Shown here piece by piece: positions 54,275 to 64,000 of a DNA stretch of 64,000 nt; the first letter of the stretch is position 1; every line of letters begins with the position of its first letter. The position numbers and the translations under genes are program-made. The notes below the pieces were generated by a model. The model saw nothing but the letters and a program-made list of their open reading frames with translations, did no database searches and was not told where the DNA came from. This DNA is from Eledone cirrhosa. Lineage: Eukaryota. The stretch is taken from contig OZ024754.1 of the NCBI GenBank assembly GCA_964016885.1, forward strand, positions 32,116,001 through 32,180,000. Direction: 5' to 3'.

Positions 54275-54465
54275 AAGAAAATAAGATGAAATCGAAAATG
54301 CAACTGGAGTCTTATTTAAAAAAAAATATATATATATTTATTTGGTTCCTTTACCGGTTTCGCAGTTCTGCTTTTCAAAAGTAGAGTTGAGATGGAGGGT
54401 CTGTGGTTCTTCTCAGATGTGAGAAAAACCACAGACCCTCCATCTCAACACTACTTTTGAAAAGC
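54275..54465 (-). mobile_element. Family G element (U3-A8 HHR 54347-54383) with fold-back
   Basis: CTT-TTGAAAA-GCAG aa CTGC-GAA-ACCGGT-A-AAG; ~46-bp inverted arms centred near 54418. Confidence 0.75.
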
Positions 54466-54637
54466 CATGGGCCCCCAGCACTATGTGTCAATAATTGTCA
54501 CAAGTGTAGTGTTTGTACCAGAGTTTTCAAGTCGCTGGCTGGACTAAAAAGTCACACTCGTTCAGCGCATCGGTAGAGGTTCTCCTACATGGATATAAAG
54601 TAGTGGCCGTACTCGAAAACGAGTTGGCAGCCACCAT
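54466..54637 (+). mobile_element. RTE/BovB-like 3' fragment
   Basis: Near-identical to 25388-25566. Confidence 0.75.
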
Positions 54638-55069
54638 ATATGTATGTACGTCTATGTGTGTATGTGTCTGTATCTATAGACATCTATGTATATATATATA
54701 CGTCTTTGTATGTATGTGTCTGTATCTATAGATGTTTATATGTATATGTGTGTCTACATGCATCTATGTTTATGTGTGTCTGTATATGTATGTAGTATAT
54801 ACACGTCTATGTGTGCATGTGTGTCTGTATGTATAGACGTCTATATGTATATATGTATCTACATGCATCTATGTGTGTGTGTGTCTGTATGTATCTACAT
54901 GCATCTATGTGTTTGTGCGTGTGTGTGTGTGTGTCTACATGTATCTGTGTTTGCGCGTGTGTGTGTGTATCTACATGTATCTATGTGTTTGTGTATGTGT
55001 GTGTATCTACATGTATATATGTGTTTGTGTGTGTGTCTCTATGTATCTATGAGTGTATTTGTCGATATC

Positions 55070-55482
55070 TATGGTGTTGGAGGTGCTGGTAATGGTGGTG
55101 ATGGTGGTAGTAGTAGTAATGGTGGTAGTGATGGTGGTGGTTGTGGTAAGTGGTGGTGATGGTAGTGGTAATGGTGGTAGTGGTAGTCGTGGTGGCGGCA
55201 GCGGCGAAGATAATGGTGGTAGTGATGGTGGTGCTGGTAATGGTGATGGTGGTGTTGGTGGCAGTGGTAATGGTAGTAGTGGTGGTGGTAACGGTGGTAG
55301 TGGTGGTGGTGATGGTGTTGGTGGTGTTGGTGGCAGTGGTAATCGTAGCAGTGGTGGTGGTAACGGTGGTAGTGGTGCTGGTAATGGTGATGGTGGTGTT
55401 GGTGGCAGTGGTAATGGTAGTAGTGGTGGTGGTAACGGTGATAGTGGTGGTGGTGATGACCATATTACTACTACTGCTGCTG

Positions 55483-55520
<38 letters not shown>

Positions 55521-57740
55521 GCTGCTGCTGCTGTTGCTACAATTAGTATTGATGGGTAGTTGTAATGGTGATCATGTAAATAAGAATAGTATTAGTGATA
55601 ACAGAAGTGGTGGTGATGGTGTTGGTAGTGGTGGTGGTGGTGTTGGTAGTGGTGGTGATGGTGTTGGTAGTGGTGGTGGTGGTGTTGGTAGTGGTGGTGA
55701 TAGTAGTAGTAGTAGTAGTGGTGGTGGTGGTGTTGGTAGTGGTGGTGGTGGTGTTGGTAGTGGTGGTGGTGGTGTTGGTAGTGGTGGTGGTGGTGTTGGT
55801 AGTGGTGGTGGTGGTGTTGGTAGTGGTGGTGATAGTAGTAGTAGTAGTAGTGGTGGTGGTGGTGTTGGTAGTGGTGGTGGTGGTGTTGGTAGTGGTGGTG
55901 GTGGTGTTGGTAGTGGTGGTGATAGTAGTAGTAGTAGTAGTGGTGGTGGTGGTGGTGGTGGTGGTGGTGGTAGTGATGGTGGTGGTGGTGGTGGTGGTAG
56001 TAGTGATGGTGGTGGTGGTGGTGGTGGTGGTGGTGGTGGTAGTGGTGGTGATAGTAGTAGTAGTAGTAGTGGTGGTGGTGGTGGTGGTGGTGGTGATAGT
56101 AGTAGTAGTAGTAGTGGTGGTGGTGGTGGTGGTGGTGGTGGTGGTGGTAGTGGTGGTGATAGTAGTAGTAGTAGTAGTGGTGGTGGTGGTGGTGGTGGTG
56201 GTGGTGGTGGTAGTGATGGTGGTGGTGGTGGTGGTGGTAGTAGTGATGGTGGTGGTGGTGGTGGTGGTGGTGGTGGTAGTGATGGTGGTGGTGGTGATAG
56301 TAGTAGTTGTAGTGGTGGTGGTGGTGGTGGTGGTGGTGGTGGTGGTAGTGATGGTGGTGGTGGTGGTGGTGGTAGTAGTGATGGTGGTGGTGGTGGTGGT
56401 GGTGGTGGTGGTAGTGATGGTGGTGGTGGTGATAGTAGTAGTTGTAGTGGTGGTGGTGGTGGTGGTGGTGGTGGTGGTAGTAGTGATGGTGGTGGTGGTG
56501 GTGATAGTAGTAGTTGTAGTGGTGGTGGTGGTGGTGGTGGTGGTGGTGGTAGTAGTGATGGTGGTGGTGGTGGTGGTGGTGGTGGTGGTAGTGATGGTGG
56601 TGGTGGTGGTGGTGGTGGTGGTAGTAGTGATGGTGGTGGTGGTGATAGTAGTAGTTGTAGTGGTGGTGGTGGTGGTGGTGGTGGTGGTGGTGGTGATGGT
56701 GGTAGTTGGTGGTGGTGGTAGTAGTGATGGTGTTGGTAGTGGTGGTGATAGTAGTAGTAGTAGTAGTGGTGGTGGTGGTGGTGGTGGTGGTGGTAGTGAT
56801 GGTGGTGGTGGTGGTGGTGGTGGTGGTGGTAGTGATGGTGGTGGTGGTGGTGGTGGTGGTGGTAGTAGTGATGGTGGTGGTGGTGATAGTAGTAGTTGTA
56901 GTGGTGGTGGTGGTGGTGGTGGTGGTGGTGGTGATGGTGGTAGTTGGTGGTGGTGGTAGTAGTGATGGTGTTGGTAGTGGTGGTGATAGTAGTAGTAGTA
57001 GTAGTGGTGGTGGTGGTGGTGGTGGTGGTGGTAGTGATGGTGGTGGTGGTGGTGGTGGTAGTAGTGATGGTGGTGGTGGTGATAGTAGTAGTTGTAGTGG
57101 TGGTGGTGGTGGTGGTGGTGGTGGTGATGGTGGTAGTTGGTGGTGGTGGTAGTAGTGATGGTGTTGGTAGTGGTGGTGATAGTAGTAGTAGTAGTGGTAG
57201 TGGTGGTGGTGGTGGTGGTGATGGTGGTAGTAGTTGGTGGTGGTGGTAGTAGTGATGGTGGTGGTGGTTGGTGGTGCTGGTGGTGGTAGTAAATGATGGT
57301 GGTGGAGGTGGTAGTAGCGGTGGTGGTTGTAGTAGTGTGGAGGTGGGGTGGTAGTGGTGGGGGTGGTTGTAGTAGTGGTGGAGATGGAAGTAGTGATGGT
57401 AATGGTACTAGTGACAATAGTAGTGGTAGTAGTGGTGCTGGTGGTAGTGGTGATGGTGGTCGTGGTGGTAGTAGTGATGGTGATGGTCAGTTGTAATAGC
57501 AGAGATGTTCACTATAGTGATGGCAGTGGTGTTGGTGGCGGTAGCGTTGGTGGTAGTAGTGATGGTGGTAGTAGTGATGGTGGTAGTAGCGTTGGTGGTA
57601 ATAGTGATGGTGGTCGTAGTGATGGTGAAGGTGACAGTGGTGGCAGTAATAATGGTGGTGGTGGTAGTAGTGATGGTGAAGGTGGTAGCAGTGATGGTGG
57701 AGATAGTGGTGGTGGTGGTGGTGGTGGTGTGGTGGTGGTA
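55070..57740. repeat. (GGT/AGT/GAT)n repeat region
   Basis: Direct reading. Confidence 0.95.
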
Positions 57741-58063
57741 TTATTTATTTATTTATCTCCTGTATTTATCAAGTGATAATGATATTAATTAGATTTTTTT
57801 TAAAGTAATAGCGGTATATATAAATATAGGTGAACCCTGTACATGGTCGCTGAATCTGTTAGAAATAGCAGCCAAATTGCAATTTAGTGTATTTAAGAGT
57901 GATTAATGTAATTCGAAATATATCTATAAAAAAAACTGGGTAGTCATGGCTGGAATAACACTGATTAAAGACTCCCAGACATCCATGCTCGTTTGTGTAT
58001 CATCGTCTGCTGAAACGAGGCAGGCTTTTAAAACGAGGCAACGGTGTTCACGTCTTACGTTGT

Positions 58064-58272
58064 GTGAAGCTACGTGGCTTAGGAGTTACAGTCTTTGGCT
58101 CACGATCGTATGCTCGTGAGTTCGATTCCCGGCGATAAGGTGTATCTTTGACTAACATGATTTAATCCCGCCGAGGTTAACTTTGCCTTTCATCCTTACG
58201 GGATCGATAAAATAAAGTACCAGTAATGTACTGGGTATTTGCTGGCCTTGTGCCAAAAGTAGAAACAATTAT
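58064..58272 (+). mobile_element. tRNA-like head (TGGCTTAGG..GAGTTCGATTCC) followed by SINE 3' part
   Basis: B box at 58118-58129; SINE core 58165-58272. Confidence 0.65.
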
Positions 58273-58275
58273 TTA

Positions 58276-58745
58276 GCCCGCCTCGCAGAAGAACGTAAAA
58301 TAAACAAATACTGGGGTTTGTCCGGCCGCCGTCAAGACCTCCGGCGTACTTGGTCCCCGTACTGCCGAGCTCCTCCGCAAGATCGGAGCGTTGGTGACCC
58401 GTCTGAGGGGGGAGCGCCGCGAGTTTAGGTGGCTGTAGCAGCGGGTGTCACTGGGTATCGTCCGGGGGAATGTTTTAGCGGTCTTGTCAGCGGCGGTCAG
58501 CACTTCTGCCCTCTTGCCCTAGGCCCAAAGCCCAATCACCCTCCGCTCTCTTCTGCGACACTAGAGCTCTTGCCGCCCACTCCCCCTCCCGATCTTTTTC
58601 TTTTTTTCCTCCTTTCTTTTTTTTTTCTATATTTCCCTATTCTTTCTTTCCTTTTGTTTCCCCTTCTTTTTTTATTATTTCTGTATTGAAAATAAACATG
58701 TATATTTGGTATACTTTATCATCTGTATTTCAACTATAAAAAAAA
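58276..58745 (+). pseudogene. 5'-truncated CRE-clade non-LTR retrotransposon (restriction-like endonuclease C-terminus, 3' UTR, A tail)
   Basis: ARLAEERKINKY (frameshift) AVKTSGVLGPRTAELLRKIG..GERREFRWL*QRVSLGIVRGNVLAVL resembles the CRE motifs AExxKxxKY, ETxGxxG and QRxSxxIxRGN; GC-rich; ends in an A run. Confidence 0.75.
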
Positions 58746-58908
58746 TTAAGGGCTATTCCTTACCATAGACTGTGTTATGCAGAATCTCCTTGAGAACTAT
58801 ATTAAGAGTACACGTGTCTATGGAATGCTCAACCACTTGCAGGATTATTTACCTCCCCTGATAATAAGGGGAGAGAACTCCGGCTGACTAAACAGTAAGA
58901 AAAAAAAT

Positions 58909-58993
58909 AATTGTTTCTACTTTTTGGCACAAGGCCAGCAATTAAAACAGTGCATTACTGGTACTTTATTTTCTCGACCCCGTAAGGATGAAA
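58909..58993 (-). mobile_element. SINE 3' fragment
   Basis: Core and 3' end match. Confidence 0.7.
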
Positions 58994-59051
58994 GAAGTGA
59001 GAGGATTTTTAACTTTGATAAAAGTGAATAAGTTCTAGTTTTTTGGGCTCT

Positions 59052-59192
59052 CATCACCATCATCATCATCACCAGCACCAGCACCAGCACCAACATAATC
59101 ACCAGCACCACCATTATCACCACCACCACCACCACCACCACCATAATCAACAGCACCGGCACCAACAAGACCACCACCAACAGCAGCAGCAG

Positions 59193-59223
<31 letters not shown>

Positions 59224-59495
59224 ATCACCACCAATACCAGCAGCACCACCACCACCACCATCATCACCACCAATACCACCAGCACCAATACCACCACCAT
59301 CACCAACACCACCACCATCATCACCACCAATACTACCAGCACCACCAGCACCACCAACACCACCACCATCATCACCACCAATACCACCAGCACCACCACA
59401 ATCATCACCACCAATACCACCAGTACCAGCACCAGCACCAGCACCACCACCACCACCACCACCAATACCACCACCACCAACACCACCACCATCAC
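59052..59495. repeat. (CAC/CAG/CAT)n repeat
   Basis: Direct reading. Confidence 0.9.
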
Positions 59496-59618
59496 AAGCA
59501 TCATAATAACTCTCTTAAAGAAATAGCTTGATAAAACTAGATATGAAACAAACAAAAAAGAATTGTTTAAGCATTAGATGAAGTTTATTAAGGAAAAAAT
59601 TCTAGAATTTTTGTAATA

Positions 59619-60165
59619 AGATCCTTTATAGTGTCTAATTCAATATTCCACTATAGATCCTTTATAGTGTCTAATTCAATATTCCACTATAGATTCTTTA
59701 TAGTGTCTAATTCAATATTCCACTATAGATCCTTTATAGTGTCTAATTCAATATTCCACTATAGATTCTTTATAGTGTCTAATTCAATATTCCACTATAG
59801 ATTCTTTATAGTGTCTAATTCAATATTCCACTATAGATTCTTTATAGTGTCTAATTCAATATTCCACTATAGATTTTTTATAGTGTCTAATTCAATATTC
59901 CACTATAGATCCTTTATAGTGTCTAATTCAATATTCCACTATAGATTCTTTATAGTGTCTAATTCAATATTCCACTATAGATCCTTTATAGTGTCTAATT
60001 CAATATTCCACTATAGATTCTTTATAGTGTCTAATTCAATATTCCACTATAGATTCTTTATAGTGTCTAATTCAATATTCCACTATAGACCCTTTATAGT
60101 GTCTAATTCAATATTCCACTATAGATCCTTTATAGTGTCTAATTCAATATTCCACTATAGATTCT
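59619..60165. repeat. 36-bp minisatellite, about 15 copies
   Basis: Unit agat(c/t)ctttatagtgtctaattcaatattccactat. Confidence 0.95.
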
Positions 60166-60299
60166 AAAATCTGTTTCTTTTACAAAAATTGTTTCTATTA
60201 TTTCAATATTTCTTCCTTCCTTTCATTGAATGAACATATATCTGAAATAAAGCAGAGGACTGTTGTTAGAGTTAGTTTATATAATCTACTTTGGTTGGG

Positions 60300-61040
60300 A
60301 TATTTAATCTGGGGTGGTAGATTTAACATGTAGTTGTAGAGGTAATTAGGGGTGGTAGGTTTAACGTGTAGTTGTAGAGGTAATTAGGGGGTGGTAGGTT
60401 TAACGTGTAGTTGTAGAGGTAATTAGGGGGTGGTAGGTTTAATCTGGGGTGGTAGATTTAACCTGGGATGGTAGATTTAGTGTGTAGTTGTAGACTTAAT
60501 TAGAGGTGGTAGATTTAACCTGGGGTGGTACAGATAACCTGGTTTTGTAGAGTTAATTAGGGGTGGTGCAGATGACCTGGGTTTGTAGAGTTAATTTGGG
60601 GTGGTAGATTTAATTTGAAGTGGTACAGATAATTTGGTGTGGTAGATTTAACCTGGGGTGGTAGATTTAACCCGGGGTGGTAGATTTAACCTGAGGTGGT
60701 AAATTTAGTCTGGGGTGGTAGATTTAACCTGGAGTGGTAGATTTAACCTGAGGTGGTAGATTTAATCTGGGTGGTAGATTTAATTTGGAGTGGTAGATTT
60801 AGCCTGGGTTTGTAGATTTAACCTGGGGTTGTAGAGTTAATTTGAGGTGGTAGATTTAGCCTGGGCTGGTAGATTTAACCTGGGGTGGTAGATTTAACCT
60901 GGGGTTGTAGATTTAACCCGGGGTCGTAGATTTAGCCTGGGGTTGTAGATTTAACCCGGGGTGGTAGATTTAATCTGGGGTGGTAGATTTAACCTGGGGT
61001 GGTAGATTTAATCTGGGCTGGTAGATTTAACCTGGGGTTG
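60300..61040. repeat. Degenerate 19-bp minisatellite
   Basis: Unit ggtagatttaacctggggt. Confidence 0.9.
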
Positions 61041-61450
61041 AAGAATTAAAGGGGACATAGATTCTGACCCTTCTCCACCTGACTAAACAGTAAGAAAAGG
61101 GGTACCACAGGTACTGACCCTTTATCACCACCACCACCACCAACACCACCGACACCACCACCACCGACACCACCACCACCACCACCACCACCACCACCAC
61201 CACCACCCCCAACAACAACACCACCAACACCACCATTAACAACATTATAGTAGTCATATCAATTAACTACTATTAAAATAATATGATTAAAATGAAAAAA
61301 ATAATTCCCCAAACCTTTCTAATATCCTTTCAAAAAACTCTTTCAAATATGTTACTCTTGGGATAACACCACACTGAAAGAGAAAACAGAATTTTGGAAA
61401 CAAAGTCTGTGATTACAAAGGAAATAAATACAAAATTAATTGATTAAAAT

Positions 61451-61657
61451 TACTGTATATACTCAAATATAAGCTGAGGAATATGTGACCTCCCTCCCCA
61501 TAAAAATCGATGGTAAAATACGTCATCTAAAACAATGTGTTGATTAGCTGCCTTGGCTTATAAATGGGGTTTGGGTTTTTGCCCATTTCTCAGACATAAA
61601 TAGGAGGATAGGGAGGTGTTGGGTTAAATTCAGACTTATATCTGAGTATATATGGTA
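61451..61657. mobile_element. Tc2/pogo-like MITE
   Basis: TIR tactgtatatactcaaatataagc / gacttatatctgagtatatatggta with TA ends. Confidence 0.7.
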
Positions 61658-61710
61658 AATACAGAAACTAAATATTGTTGGGATTTTGGGGGATTATTGC
61701 TAATTATTTT

Positions 61711-61838
61711 ACAAGAAACAGACAGAATAGTTCAAGGAATATTCTCTCCAAGAAACAGCTAAAACAGTTCAAGGAATATCCTCTCCAAGAAACAACTAAA
61801 AAAGTTCAAGAAATATTCTCTCCAAGAAACAGCTAAAA
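61711..61838. repeat. About 38-bp tandem repeat, three copies
   Basis: caagaaacagctaaaacagttcaaggaatattctctc. Confidence 0.8.
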
Positions 61839-62273
61839 GACTTACTGCATGGAAAAGTCATTTTATATATTAAAAAAAAACACCAAATCATTAAACTTTA
61901 TTTTATACTTATCATTTATTTCTTGGTGTCAACATTTTTGTCACACCATGTGCGACCTGGTAACTAATAGAGTGATGAAAATTTCGACACCAATAAATGT
62001 TAACAGTTTTGGTTTTTGTGTTTATTCTAAATGGCTAAAAGGACTCTCTTCCTTGCAGTTACAACACATGGTCTTAGTTCAAGTCCCTTGCCAAACAAGT
62101 ACAACTCCAAGACTAATATATTGCTAACTTTAAGCCTTTAGCATTGACATTACTCTATATTTACTATTGTATTTTCATGGTAGACACTTTATCTCACATA
62201 GTATTGAATCTATTTGGATATTATTTATTTTGAGAACAATACCTTAACATAAGTATGAGCAGCAGTTACAGCC

Positions 62274-64000
62274 GGTTTGCACAGAAAGAGGTGAGAGAAT
62301 TCTGGCTGGATACAGCTGGTTTGAACAGAAAGAGGTGAGAGAATTCTGGCTGGATACAACTGGTTTGAACAGAAATAGGTGAGAGAATTCTGGCTATATA
62401 CAGCTGCTTTGAACAGAAAGAGGTGAGAGAATTCTGGCTGGATACAACTGGTTTGAACAGAAAGAGGTGAGAGAATTCTGGCTGGATACAGCTGGTTTGA
62501 ACAGAAAGAGGTGAGAGAATTCTGGCTGGATACAGCTGGTTTGAACAGAAAGAGGTGAGAGAATTCTGGCTGGATACAATTGGTTTGAACAGAAAGAGGT
62601 GAGAGAATTCTGGCTGGATAGAGCTGGTTTGAACAGAAAGAGGTGAGAGAATTCTGGCTGGATACAGCTGCTTTGAACAGAAAGAGGTGAGAGAATTCTG
62701 GCTGGATACAGCTGGTTTGAACAGAAAGAGGTGAGAGAATTCTGGCTGGATAGAGCTGGTTTGAACAGAAAGAGGTGAGAGAATTCTGGCTGGATACAGC
62801 TGCTTTGAACAGAAAGAGGTGAGAGAATTCTGGCTGGATACAATTGGTTTGAACAGAAAGAGGTGAGAGAATTCTGGCTGGATACAGCTGGTTTGAACAA
62901 AGAGGTGAGAGAATTCTGGCTGGATACAACTGGTTTGAACAGAAAGAGGTGAGAGAATTCTGGCTGGATACAACTGGTTTGAACAGAAAGAGGTGAGAGA
63001 ATTCTGGCTGGATACAACTGGTTTGAACAGAAAGAGGTGAGAGAATTCTGGCTGCATAGAGCTGGTTTGAACAGAAAGAGGTGAGAGAATTCTGGCTGGA
63101 TACAGCTGCTTTGAACAGAAAGAGGTGAGAGAATTCTGGCTGGATACAATTGGTTTGAACAGAAAGAGGTGAGAGAATTCTGGCTGGATAGAGCTGGTTT
63201 GAACAGAAAGAGGTGAGAGAATTCTGGCTGGATGCAGCTGCTTTGAACAGAAAGAGGTGAGAGAATTCTGGCTGGATACAATTGGGTTGAACAGAAAGAG
63301 GTGAGAGAATTCTGGCTGGATAGAGCTGGTTTGAACAGAAAGAGGTGAGAGAATTCTGGCTGGATACAGCTGCTTTGAACAGAAAGAGGTGAGAGAATTC
63401 TGGCTGGATACAGCTGGTTTGAACAGAAAGAGGTGAGAGAATTCTGGCTGGATAGAGCTGGTTTGAACAGAAAGAGGTGAGAGAATTCTGGCTGGATACA
63501 GCTGCTTTGAACAGAAAGAGGTGAGAGAATTCTGGCTGGATACAATTGGTTTGAACAGAAAGAGGTGAGAGAATTCTGGCTGGATACAGCTAGTTTGAAT
63601 AAAGAGATGAGAGAATTCTGGCTGGATACAACTGGTTTGAACAGAAAGAGGTGAGAGAATTCTGGCTGGATACAACTGGTTTGAACAGAAAGAGGTGAGA
63701 GAATTCTGGCTGGATACAACTGGTTTGAACAGAAAGAGGTGAGAGAATTCTGGCTGGATACAGCTGGTTTGAACAGAAAGAGGTGAGAGAATTCTGGCTG
63801 GATACAACTGGTTTGAACAGAAAGAGGTGAGAGAATTCTGGCTGGATACAACTGGTTTGAACAGAAAGAGGTGAGAGAATTCTGGCTGGATACAGCTGGT
63901 TTCAACAGAAAGAAGTGAGAGAATTCTGGCTGGATACAACTGGTTTGAACAGAAAGAGGTGAGAGAATTCTGGCTGGATACAGCTGGTTTGAACAGAAAG
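62274..64000. repeat. 44-bp minisatellite, about 39 copies, runs off the window
   Basis: Unit ggtttgaacagaaagaggtgagagaattctggctggatacagct. Confidence 0.95.

Noticed and set aside
62225-63939. Long ORFs (557, 503, 234 aa)
   Set aside because: The 44-bp unit is not a multiple of 3 and cycles through all frames; repeat artefact

Overview
AT-rich, microsatellite-saturated eukaryotic non-coding DNA. The repeat families (tRNA-headed Nin/Deu-type SINE, RTE LINE pieces, abundant (TA)n/(CA)n/(TATG)n tracts) suggest a cephalopod/octopus-like genome, which is an inference. No convincing host gene is visible, and almost all ORFs in the track are microsatellite artefacts. Recognisable TE relics are RTE endonuclease and C-terminal fragments, a 5'-truncated CRE-clade retrotransposon, about 15 SINE copies and hAT/mariner/Tc2/Harbinger-like MITEs, plus about ten minisatellites. 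The striking signal is roughly 35 type-I hammerhead ribozyme (HHR) cores, counted by eye, in at least ten unrelated short non-coding element families. Nearly all are embedded in (TA)n tracts. Most are fold-back palindromes, several with a ribozyme on both strands, and have a fixed tail-less end and a tailed end carrying a shared GAGYNC motif. One is a nearly invariant 310-bp tandem array with one HHR per unit plus an inverted unit (retrozyme-like, predicting a 310-nt circular RNA). Non-canonical cores recur (U10.1-U11.1, U3-A8, a 107-nt stem II). Best interpretation: a diverse, (TA)n-targeting population of non-autonomous Penelope-like/retrozyme elements. All structures were read manually; none has been computed or tested.
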